Below are positions 1 to 10,344 of a stretch of DNA of 64,000 nucleotides, piece after piece. This stretch comes from Octopus vulgaris (lineage: Eukaryota). A program made the position numbers and the translations under genes. The notes beneath the pieces are model-generated. The model was not told the DNA's origin. It ran no database searches and saw nothing but the letters and a program-made list of their open reading frames with translations. The stretch covers positions 36,146,001 through 36,210,000 of the forward strand of contig OX597822.1 of NCBI GenBank assembly GCA_951406725.2. Reading direction: 5' to 3'. Numbering within the stretch: position 1 is the stretch's first letter; each line of letters opens with the position of its first letter.

Positions 1-40
1 AATCTGGATGGTGTGAGTGACAAGGGAGTGTCTACACAAC
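1..40 (-). CDS. Probable downstream coding exon of the minus-strand gene, truncated by the window edge
   Basis: Minus-strand acceptor TTTATTCTGTACAG|G at 42-41. In the phase left by the microexon (AG|G) it reads R-LCRHSLVTHTIQI, open to position 1. No donor is visible. Confidence 0.4.
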
Positions 41-289
41 CTGTACAGAATAAACACCAGAAAGTATTTTTGTTTGAACATACCAGTTTACAGGTTTTAT
101 AGTCAACCTCTTTCACCAATATACATACATAACAGGTGTGGCTGTGTGGTAAGAAGTTTGTTTCCCAACCACATGGTACCAGGTTCACTTCCACTGCATG
201 GCAACTTGGACAAGTGCTTTCAACTACAGCCTTGGGCCAACAAGGTTTACTCTGACACATCAACCCCAGTGCACATTTTCAGAGCCCGG

Positions 290-790
290 CACTTACTCTA
301 TCAGACTCTGTTGCTGAACTACTGAGTTACAGAGATGTAATCAAACCAACACCAGTTACCAAATGGTGTTGGAGATGAGAGACAAACACAAGAACACACA
401 TAACAGGCTACCACACAGTTTCCATCTACAAATTCATTCACAAGGTATTAGTTGGTATAAGGTGGCGAGCTGGCAGAATCGTTAGCACGCCGGGCGAAAT
501 GCAAAGCCGCATTTCATCTGCAGTTACGTTCTGAGTTCAATCAAATTCTGCCGAGGTCGACTTTGCCTTTCATCCTTTCGGGGTCGATTAAATAAGTACC
601 AGTTATGCACTGGGGTCAATATAATCGACTTAATACCTTTGTCTGTCCTTGTTTGTCCCCTCTGTGTTTAGCCCCTTGTGGGTAGTAAAGAAATAGGTAT
701 TAGTTGGTCCAGCGCTACAGAAGACACTAATCCAAAGTGTTACACAGTGGGGGGTACAACTCAAAACCACATTGTTGTAAAACTAGCTTC
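290..790 (-). mobile_element. Old tRNA-headed SINE (family A), interrupted by a family B SINE
   Basis: Degenerate match to the reverse of family A (acagtttccatctacaaattcattcacaagg...agaagacact). Confidence 0.65.
457..694 (+). mobile_element. SINE family B, full length, with 14-bp TSD
   Basis: Head ggcgagctggcagaatcgttagc, central gcctttcatcctttcggggtcgat..aagtacc block, tail aaagaaat. TSD aggtattagttggt at 443-456 and 695-708. Confidence 0.9.
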
Positions 791-919
791 TTAATTACAA
801 AGCTATGTTTTCACAGTATATTGTTAACACTTACTGTTTTCCAGGTAACTCAGGATATAATCCTGTTTGCCAATGTAAGAATTTCTCTTGTGACAACTAC
901 GCAGCAAAGTTTGTTCATA

Positions 920-1135
920 CTCTCTTTTACTCCTTTACTTGTTTCAGTGATATGACTGTGGCCATGCTGGAGTACCGCCTTTAGTTGAGCAAATCGACCC
1001 CAGGACTTATTCTTTGTAAGCCTAGTACTTATTCTATCGGTCTCTTTTGCCAAACCACTAAGTTATGGGGACCTAAACATCCCAGCATCGGTTGTCAAGC
1101 GATGTTGGGGGGACAAACACAGACACACAAACATG

Positions 1136-1201
<66 letters not shown>

Positions 1202-1388
1202 CATACATACACACACACACATATATACGACAGGCTTCTTTCAGTTTCCGTCTACCAAATCCACTCAAAAGGCTTTGGTCGGCCCGAGGCTATAATAGAA
1301 GACACTTGCCCAAGGTGCCACGCAGTGGGACTGAACCTGGAACAATGTGGTTGGTAAGCAAGCTACTTACCACACAGCCACTCCTACA
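920..1388 (-). mobile_element. SINE family A (tRNA head, CORE-like block, internal TA/TG microsatellite), young copy
   Basis: Minus strand has A box TGGCTGTGTGG, B box GGTTCAGTCC, ccttgggcaagtg, internal (TA)n/(TG)n, and tail tgaaacaagtaaaggagtaaaagag. Near-identical to many other copies in the window. Confidence 0.9.
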
Positions 1389-1572
1389 TATAGAACATGC
1401 ATGTTTAAGTGGGAATAAATATTTTGAATTGGTTTTAATATTACCTCTGACGCTAATGTATATTTTTTAACAAGCTAACTGGCTAATCGCAACATCAGTG
1501 CCTGTTTTGGTATTGTCAATCTATACATTGCTCGCAGGGAGATGAATCACTGCTGTCACTAGCACTGAGTGT

Positions 1573-1619
1573 CCATCACTGATAAGACCAAACAAGGTCG
1601 AAATCACATGATCTGATGG
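1573..1619 (+). ncRNA. Type I hammerhead ribozyme motif (G8A variant), copy 1
   Basis: Stem I CCATCA/TGATGG; core CTGATAA; stem II GACC-aaacaa-GGTC; GAAA; stem III TCA-ca-TGA; triplet ATC, predicted cleavage after 1613. Stem I extends into a hairpin spanning 1527-1663. Confidence 0.85.
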
Positions 1620-1928
1620 TCTTAGTGCTGGATGTAGTAGGGATTTATTTCTCTGCTAGCGATATAAACAAGCATGAATTTTGCACCCCAAAAAAGCCAA
1701 TGTAAGAGTTTATCTCGTGATAACTACACAGCAAAGTTTGTTCACATAGAACATGCGTGTTTAAGTGGGAATAAATATTACATCTCAGTTTTAATATTAC
1801 CTCCAACACTAATGTATATTTTTTAACAAGCTAACTCGCTAATCACGACACCAGTGCCTGTTTTAGCAGTGTCAGTGTATACATTGCTAGCAGGGAGATG
1901 AATCACTGTTGTCTCTAGCACTGAGTGT

Positions 1929-1974
1929 CCATCACTGATAAGACCAAACAAGGTCGAAATCACATGATCTGATG
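1929..1974 (+). ncRNA. Type I hammerhead ribozyme motif (G8A variant), copy 2
   Basis: Core, stem II and stem III identical to copy 1; stem I CATCA/TGATG; predicted cleavage after 1969; extended hairpin 1883-2019. Confidence 0.85.
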
Positions 1975-2400
1975 TTCTTAGTGCTGGATGTAGTAGGGAT
2001 TTATCTCCCTGTTAGTGATATAAATAAAAGTGCATTTGCACCAAAAAAAAGAAGAAAAAAAGCCAATTTGATAGTTTCTCTCATGGTAAATACTGAAGAA
2101 TAATTTGTTCTAAGAGATAAATAGGGATAAATATTACCTCTTTGTATTAATACTGCCTCTGTCGCTAAGATATATTCATTCAACATTACCAAAAATAAAA
2201 ATAAAAAATACATAAACAAGTTCAAGACTATTTCACTCAATCTAGCTCTCTTGCTAAATTCCATTATCTTCCAACACCATCCTTTCTTTAGATAATAATG
2301 GTATTTAAATGATAGCACAATAACTGAACGTGTTCTATTAGATAACATTTGAAATTTTGTGTATGTGTGATAATACTACAGAAGTTTTTAAGGGTTTTAC

Positions 2401-2431
2401 ATATACATATGTATGTATATGTATGTATGTA

Positions 2432-2503
<72 letters not shown>

Positions 2504-2542
2504 TTTAGTAGAGACATTTAAGTGGTGCCTTCTTATATAAGC

Positions 2543-2572
<30 letters not shown>
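2401..2572. repeat. Compound (TA)n/(CA)n/(TG)n microsatellite
   Basis: Seen directly; source of several spurious ORFs. Confidence 0.9.
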
Positions 2573-2575
<3 letters not shown>

Positions 2576-4074
2576 TGTTGTATGGTGTTGAAGGTGCTTG
2601 CACACATAAGTATAAATTATTTCATAACTATAAAAACAGAGCAACACGGTTGAAGACAACATAGTATTTTGTGTTCCAACACAACATTGACTTTTAAGTG
2701 GGGATTAATATTACTTTTTGGGTATTAATACACCTTCTGTTGCTATCAATCATCTAACACTGGTTCATTAAACAGTTTGAAACTTACTAAATTTAGTTCT
2801 TTCTAATTTTGGCATAAGGCTAACTATTTTGATGGGAGGTGCAAATCAATTCCATCAACTCCAGTCCTTGACTTGCATTTTATTTTATCAACCCTGAAAG
2901 GATGAAAGGCAAAGTTGACCTCAGCACAATTTGAGCTCTGAAAGTAAAGAGCCTGAGGAATTGCAGTTAAGCATCTTCTCCGATGCTAACGATTCTGCCA
3001 GCTTGCTGCCTTGAAACTACTAAAAATAATGCTTCCATATAACAGATTTCTACCTCATTTAAGAACGAAAGAAAGAGAGAGAGAGAGAGTAAGAGAAATA
3101 GTGTGACTAAGAGGTGGCAAAGTGTAATTTCTGCAAAGTGCATTCAACATACCAATGAGCTGTTCCCGTTGTAGATATAGATCACAGTTGAAATCAGTAC
3201 AGTGAATTTCAATGTTTTCTATCTGTGAGTTTCTTTTATTTTGTGTTTCTCCTTTCCTTTGTAATTCAATGCCTCATGGTGAGTGAGGGATTAGGGTATA
3301 GACTCTCAAAGGATAATAGCATTAATATAAGATTACCAGTCTACTAGACACAATCAGTACCACCACCAACACCACCATGCCATCTTTTAGAAAGAAACAT
3401 GTGAAAGTTATTGGAGTAAATTCAGAAGAGATTAGAGGTTACTATGACTGTGTTTATACTACTGACTTGTGAATTTCCAGTCTCCACCTCCATCATCACC
3501 AGCATCATCATTTAATGTCCATGTTACCTGTTCCATGCTGGCATGGGTTGGGTGGTTTGACAGGATTCAATGGGCCCAAGGACTGCATTATGTTTCAGTG
3601 TCTGCTTTGACATGGTTTCTATGGCTGGATGCCCTTCATAATGCCAACCACATAACAGCAGGTACTGGGGGTGCGGGGGCTTTTTTGTACCACCAGCACT
3701 ATTAAGGTTACAATGCAGCTCACAAGACTTTGACCAGAGTGGTGTGGTGATGGTGGTGGGCAGCTTTATGGTAGAAGAATAATTAGAGAGGGGGAAAGTA
3801 TAAGAGAAAAGGACTGGAGTACAACAGGTCTTTTGCTGTAGAAGAGCTGCGTGCCTACTAACATTTAACCAAAGAAGGTGGGGAGAATGACTGGGTGGAA
3901 CTGGAAAAGTGATATAAGTGGTGATGTAGAATCAGAAGTTTGTTTCTCAACCACATGGTTTGGGGTTCAGCCCCACTGCATGGCACCTTGTGTAAGAGTC
4001 TCCTATTATAGCCTCAAACTGACCAGAGTTTTGAGAATGGATTTGGAAGATGGAAACTAAAAAAAAAACTAACA

Positions 4075-4487
4075 AGGCAGCGAGCACTTATTTATATATA
4101 ATGTTAGCAAACCAGGCAAAATGCTTAGCGGTATTTCGTCTGTCTTTACGTTCTGAGTTCAAATCCCGCCGAGGTCAACTTTGCCTTTCATCCTTTCGGG
4201 ATTGGTAAATTAAGTACCAGTTACGCACTGGGGTCGATATAATTGACTTAATCCATTTGTCTGTCCTCTCTCTGTTTAGCCCCTTGTGGGTAGTAAAGAA
4301 ATAGGTATTTCATCTGTCTTTACGTTCTGAATTCAAATCCTGCTAAGGTCAACTTAGCCTTTCATCCTTTCGGGGTCAATAAATTAAGTACCAGTTATGC
4401 ACTGGGGTCAATGTAATCGACTTAATCCCTTTGTCTGTCCTTGTTTGGCCCCTCTATGTTTAGCCCCTTGTGGGCAATAAAGAAATA
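4075..4487 (+). mobile_element. Dimeric family B SINE inserted in a family A SINE
   Basis: Two family B bodies in tandem (the second restarts at ggtatttc), flanked by ggaaactaaaaaaaaaact / ggaaaataaaaaaaaatcc. Confidence 0.8.
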
Positions 4488-5498
4488 GGAAAATAAAAAA
4501 AAAATCCATCATATTTTCATATATGGTATGTTTGTGTGTCTGTGCATGCACGCGCACCACACAATAGGACTGAACCCAAGAACATATGGTTGAGAAACAA
4601 GCTTCTTAACCATGCTGCCATGCCTGTGTATTACACACAAAACAGTTACACATAATTCTGTGACAAATATATCAGATTCTATACACTTCAACACAAGTCC
4701 TTTCATGTCTTTAGTACCACTGCTTTCATATACTTGACTACTGTGCAAACAGGGATATTTATTAGTAATCCTCTGCCTCAAGTTTCTACAAATTACATAC
4801 GCCAGTTCACTTCACTAGTCACCAAAGATATCATCTCTTCTGATCTTTTTCTGAATGCCCTTAACCTAACCTAACCACAAACATAAATCCTAGGTGCAGC
4901 TTTAGCATAAACTTACTTCCCAGAGTTCATTTTCATTATCCATCACCACCACCAACACCACTACCGTCCCAGTTGCTAACATTCCAAACACTATCATCTT
5001 AGGAACAGGAAGGAGATAGATAGGAATAATGGTAAAATCTTGAGAACAGATGCTTATTTACTCCCCCAGTCTAGCACTGTCTAACAGAGATTATTTTCAT
5101 TCAAACTTTTACTGTTATTTATATACCTAATTCACACATACACCACAAAGAAAAAATCAGAAAATTTTCCATTATGTAACAAAAACAATTTAGATGTCTA
5201 CAATAAATTACTATTCCAAAATACCCTATAATTCATTCATATTGCCAGATGATAACATTCTATCATGTAATCATGTATTCTCTTAATATGATATTTTTCT
5301 CGTATGTCATCACATAATCAACATGATTAATTATCTAGCTACAGTTACGATATATAGTATAAAATGTGTGTTGGCAGGTAATGATGCAGAGAAAGTGATG
5401 AAATAAAACATTTCTGAAAGAATATTCAAGAGAAATCAACAAGGAAGAACTGAAATAAATCACTGGATCTGGATGGGATTTGAACTCGAAATGTAAAA

Positions 5499-5569
5499 GG
5501 GCATATGGCGTAGTGGCTAAGAGCGCAGTCTACTAACTCCAGGATTCCGAGTTCAGTTCCAGGCAGTGA

Positions 5570-5604
<35 letters not shown>

Positions 5605-5785
5605 TCGAAAAATACCTTAGGAATGAGAACCCAGGTTTGAAATTTCCCCAAGACACCTGATGAGGGCTGGACGGTATATCAGCCGAAATGTTGTGTTAAC
5701 AACAAACAAGATGAGGACAAATATCCATCAAATGTAAACAATGTAAATAATGTACATAATTCCTCATCTCTTAAATATAGAACTA
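5499..5785 (+). mobile_element. tRNA-headed SINE-like element with (AAT)n linker and hammerhead-bearing tail
   Basis: tRNA-like head 5499-5572 with A box TGGCGTAGTGG (5506-5516) and B box GAGTTCAGTTCC (5549-5560); (AAT)n; hammerhead 5652-5697; no TTTT terminator inside. Tail is homologous to 56209-56268. Confidence 0.75.
5652..5697 (+). ncRNA. Minimal type I hammerhead ribozyme motif
   Basis: Stem I GACAC/GTGTT; canonical CTGATGA; one extra G; stem II GGCTG/CAGCC; GAAA; minimal stem III (A-TG-T, probably ACGT before CpG decay); triplet GTT, predicted cleavage after 5692. Confidence 0.8.
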
Positions 5786-6164
5786 TATAAATATAAATAA
5801 AACAGAAAAACAATAATAAAGTGATGTAAAAAAAAGAAAGGTAAGAAAAAGATAAAAAGAGGTTATTAGAAGACAATATTTCAATGGAGAACACAAGTTT
5901 AGGCACAGACATGGCACTCACACAACAAATAAGAAAGACGATAGAAAATTGTTAAAAAATACAAAAGTTTGGTAGTCAAATAGTGAAGCAGGTTATGGGG
6001 GTGTTTTTTTTTTTTTGTTTAGCACATTAAAAAATATTATTTATTAAAAATATGAAACACAGAAAAACAAAGCAAAAGTAAACAATTATTATAAATTGTT
6101 ATCCTCATCAACATCATCATTATTACTACTATCAACATCGTTATTATTATCATCATCATCATCA

Positions 6165-6600
6165 AGGTGTCAAACGGGCAGAACTGTTGATGCACCAGAC
6201 AAAATGCTGAGCTGCAGTTCTTTCAACATAACATTCTGAGTTCTAATGCTGCTGAGGTCAGCTTTGCCTTTCAAGGTTGATAATCAACTCGCCTCTACCC
6301 AAAAATTTTAGGCCTTGTGCCTATAATAGAAAGGATTCTTACTATTACCATCGTCATTATTATTATTATGAAGGGGGCGAGCTGGCAGAATTGTTAGCAC
6401 ACCGGACGAAATGCTTAATGGTATTTCGCCCGTCACTGCGTTCTGAGTTCAAATTCCGCTGAGGTCGACTTTGCCTTTCATCCTTTCGGGGTCGATTAAA
6501 TAAGTACCAGTTGAGTACTGGAGTTGATGTAATTGACTATTACCCCCAGCATCCCAAATTTCAGGCCTTGTGCTTAAAATAGAAAGGATCATCATCATCA
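6165..6600 (+). mobile_element. Two head-to-tail family B SINE copies
   Basis: Heads at about 6165 and 6372; tails ggccttgtgc..agaaaggat plus trinucleotide repeats. Confidence 0.75.
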
Positions 6601-6624
6601 TCATCATCCTCCTCCTCCTCCAAA

Positions 6625-6975
6625 TCAAAATTGAAATCGATCAACGTCAATGGAAATTGCAGCTGTGATACCAGTACCGGTGGTATGTAAGAGAACCATC
6701 CGAACGTGGCCGTTGCCAGTTCCGCTCCGACTGGCCTCGTGCCGGTGGCACGTAAAAAGCACCATCTGATCGTGGCCGTTTGCCAGCCTCGTCTGGCATG
6801 TAAAAAGCACCCACTACACTCACGGAGTGGTTGGCGTTAGGAAGGGCATCCAGCCGTAGAAACACTGCCAGATCAGACTGGGCATGATGCAGCCTTCTGG
6901 CTCCCCAGACCCCAGTTGAATTGTCCAACCCATGCTAGCATGGAAAGCGGACGCTAAACGATGATGATGATCATC
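6625..6975 (+). mobile_element. Family C: 5'-truncated 3' end of an RTE-like non-LTR element
   Basis: Internal repeats tgccggtggcacgtaaaaagcacc, motif ggcgttaggaagggcatccagc, (GAT)n tail. Other copies with variable 5' ends at about 3500-3700(-), 16149-16292(+), 19451-19636(-), 20655-21075(+), 26245-26424(-), 27256-27490(-), 33308-33500(-), 41505-41738(+), 42253-42385(-). Clade assignment is from recalled similarity. Confidence 0.7.
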
Positions 6976-7304
6976 ATCATCATCACCATCATTATTAAGG
7001 TGGTAAGCTGGCAGAACTGTTACAGTGCCAGGCAAAATGCTTAGCAGTATTTCTTTCGAGTCTACATTCTGAGTTCAAATGCTGCTGAGGTTGACTTTGC
7101 CATTTCATTTTATTCTGCAGTCGAGTTGGAAAAGGATAACAGTGAGTATTTAGCTGTGTACCATGTCAATTTTACCTAACTGCCCCCCCCCTCCCAACCT
7201 TGTCCAATAATTTAGGGATTTGATACCGATGTAATTTTCACTGCTGTAACTACAACAATTACAGGAAGTAGATTATAATGTATGGTATCCAGTCTCGAAG
7301 AGTA

Positions 7305-7480
7305 TGTGGAGGAGGAGGTTTAAAGAAGGTAGAAGAGGAAGAGAAGGTAGAGGAAGAGAAAGTGGAGAGGAGGAAGAAGAGAAAAAGACAGAGGAAGAGG
7401 CGGAGAGAAGGAAGAGGAGTAGAGGAAGGGAGGAGGAAGAGAAGGCAGAGGAGGAAAAGAAAGTGGAGGAGGAGGAAATA
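7305..7480. repeat. Polypurine (GAG/GAA) low-complexity tract
   Basis: Seen directly. Confidence 0.85.
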
Positions 7481-8590
7481 TGATAGGGAATCACCACCAC
7501 CACAAATTCCTGTGTCTGTGTTCCTTTAAATGCCAGACATCGGCTAAATACATGTTATATAAAAAAGTAGTTTGTGTGGATGTTAACATGGATTTTATAT
7601 GAAAAAGCACAGCTTCTTGCTAGCTTAGTTCTTATAAAGAGAAAGAGAGAGAAGCTGCAATAGATATATTGTTGTTCAAGCTAATTTTTAGAAGCCAAGA
7701 AACAAACTAAAACCACCAATATCAGTGAAAGCAAATCAACAAAAGCTTCAGAAAAGATTACAACAGAGTTCTAAATAGTTTTATTTTGAAGATTCTGTCT
7801 CTTGCTTTTTCTAGAAACTTTAAAAAAATTTTATTGTACTGAATGATATGAAAGACAACTTCCTTTTCTTACTTAAGATGCCATTTTTGTCCATGGAAAG
7901 ATTTCAGCTCAACCGTATAAGCTAATGAATGAAATGAGGGGGCATCTATGTGGTTACCCCATTTGCAAGAAATAGAAGGGAAATCTCTCTCAAATGACAC
8001 CTTAAAGAAAGGAAGAATACATTGAGATAGCATAGCCCCAGAGATCACTAAAAAACTTTGATTTTTGGTTTGCATATCTGAAATCAACATTGGCTGGTCA
8101 AAACTGGAACGAATTTGATCATAGCTCTAAACAGGAACCAAACAATGATGTGTTGAAATGGTTAAAACAATACATACCCACCCACTTACCACTCACTCAT
8201 TACAATGGCTTCAGGCATAGTTGATATGTAATGCTAACACTTAAAATTATTTCCATTCCTATCTGTACTTATAGCAAATTTGATGAAATGCTACACTCAA
8301 GAGTCAAAATACCAGGGGAAAGTCCTGACACACAAAATTCTGTGCATAAATTAATTCACATAAAAACAAGCAGCTTGCACACAGCAAAGAGTAATTCAAA
8401 CACGAAGAGCACAAATGTACTATACAAGCAAATCAGCGTGTGAAATAGAGGGTAAACATGGATATAGGAAAAGCTAACAGCTTTGTTTAAGCAGGTGAAT
8501 ACAGCAGTGTATGGCACATATTGACATAAGGTATTGGTGGAATAACTCAACATCAAGGAAGACATTTTTGAGAATCTGTTTCTGGCTTAC

Positions 8591-8623
8591 CTTAGCCCTT
8601 TACGATGACGATTCCATCGATAG
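8591..8623 (-). CDS. 33-nt symmetric (phase 2-2) microexon encoding (S)YRWNRHRKGL(R)
   Basis: Acceptor TACTTTGTTTGTAG and donor AG|GTAAGC; lies in unique sequence; open in the phase left by the 13121 donor. Confidence 0.7.
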
Positions 8624-9138
8624 CTACAAACAAAGTATTTTGTAAGGCACATGAAAAGCATCAATGATATAACCACTACATTTTCAATATAAAATAGCTT
8701 TGACTATATAACCCTTTGAATTCATAATTTAATTAGTCAATTTCAAAAGCTTGTATTTGTTAACTATTTTCAACAACCTTGAAATTTATTTAACCTAAGG
8801 AATAAGTAAATATTTTGAGGATCAGTTGAAAAAAGATATAGTGTTAACTGCCAGCCAATCAGAAAGTCGAGGTGGACTTGCATTAGAGCTTTCGTTGTTC
8901 GTAACCAACTACCATCATTGTATTATAAAAACATCCTGCACAATTTTACGGTTATGATGTTTGCTTCATAACTAAATGGTTTTGAAGTTCAGTCCCACAC
9001 TTGGAAAGTGTCTTCTATTATATCTCAAACTAACTAATGACTTATGAGTGTGATAGCAAGACAAAAACTGCAACTGAGTTCAGTGTGTGTGTGTGAGTAT
9101 ATATGACAAAGAATGAAGATGCATTATCAATAATTTAT

Positions 9139-9282
9139 TTAGCTTACATATGTTTCAAACAGTTTAGCATAATGCAACCATTGCACATTGCAGTTTGCAG
9201 GTTTAATCGGTCCCTCATTTGATCAATGAATTAGCTACAACTACAGACCTACTAACTACTAAACTATTCTCCTCAAAGCTAA
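9139..9282 (-). ncRNA. Type I hammerhead motif with long stem II insertion (C3U variant)
   Basis: Minus strand: stem I TTAGCT/AGCTAA; core TTGAGGA; 11-bp stem II GAATAGTTTAG/CTAAACTGTTT enclosing 91 nt; GAAA; palindromic stem III CATATG; triplet GTA. Confidence 0.7.
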
Positions 9283-9582
9283 CATAATTTATACAAAACA
9301 CACACACACGCATATATGTGAGAGCGTATGTGTGAATATGAATGTCAATTCTATATGCTGTCATTACCACCATCTGAGCAAAAAGCAAAGGTATTTACTT
9401 TCTCCTTTCACAAACATTCCATTGTTCAGTGGAGACAGGAGGACCAGTGGAATGAAAAAAATTTCCTTACTTGAAAAACAAGTTAGAATCATCATACAAA
9501 ATCTGCTTCAACAACTTTCTTTGATGGGATTACAAAATAGCTCTCTCTCTCTTTTGACTTGTTCAGCAACAATTCTCTACAT

Positions 9583-9951
9583 AGGCGTATGAGTGGCTGT
9601 GTGGTAAGTAGCTTGCTTACCAACTACATGGTTCCGGGTTCAGTCCCACTGCGTGACACCTTGGGCAAGTGTTTTCTAATATAGCCTCGGGCCGACCAAA
9701 GCCTTGTGAGTGTATTAGGTAGATGGAAACTGAAAGATGCCTCTCGTATATATGTATATGTGTGTGTGTGTTTGTCCCCCCAACATCGCTTGACAACCAA
9801 TGCTGGTGTGTTTATGTCCCCGTAACTTAGCGGCTCGGCAAAAGAGACCGATAGAATAAGTACTAGGCTTACAAAGAATAAGTCCTGGAGTTCAGCAGTG
9901 CTCCAGCTTGGCCACAGTCAAATGATTGAAACAAGTAAAAGAGTAAAGAGT
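9583..9951 (+). mobile_element. SINE family A
   Basis: Full head-to-tail match to family A. Confidence 0.9.
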
Positions 9952-10344
9952 ATAGCAGAGAAATTATAGATAAAATGCTTTGCAGTATTTGTTCTGAGTT
10001 CAAATTTTACCAGAGTCAACCTTCATTCCTCCAGAGTTGAGGGGTTGATAAAATAAAGTACTAATCTGGTATTGGTTTCAATGGTATCAAACTTCAAAAC
10101 TGCTGGTCTTGCACCTAAATTAAAGACCACCACTACCATCACCATCATCATTATTCTTATTATTATTCCATCTTTGCATTCTGAATTTAAATTCTACTGA
10201 GGTAGGTTTTGCCTTTCATCCTTTTGGAGTCAATGAAATAAGCACTACTTGGGTACAAGAGTCGATATAATCAACTAATCCCCTACCTCCCAAAATTTCA
10301 GGCCTTGTGCCTATAGTAGAAAGGATTATAATTATTTTCCTATT

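Larger units (their letters stand above)
869..2190 (+). repeat. Tandem ~356-366 bp retrozyme-like repeat: two full units plus a degenerate third
   Basis: Units start with gccaat at 869, 1696 and 2062. Units 1 and 2 align over their length (unit 1 is split by the SINE at 920-1388) and each carries a hammerhead motif. Confidence 0.85.

Noticed and set aside
985-1470. 161-aa ORF, and many similar [12 protein letters not shown] or MVPGSVPLRG-type ORFs across the window
   Set aside because: These are translations of SINE bodies and microsatellites, not genes.
3153-3272. Open minus-strand frame ending at a GTATGT donor-like site
   Set aside because: No polypyrimidine acceptor, and the nearby AGs give immediate stops in the phase required by the microexon.
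5499-5572. Possible tRNA gene
   Set aside because: Acceptor and anticodon stems pair poorly and there is no T-run terminator; treated as a SINE head. The same applies to the heads of families A, D and E.
7278-7529. Glu/Arg/Lys-rich ORF
   Set aside because: Polypurine low-complexity tract with no splice support.
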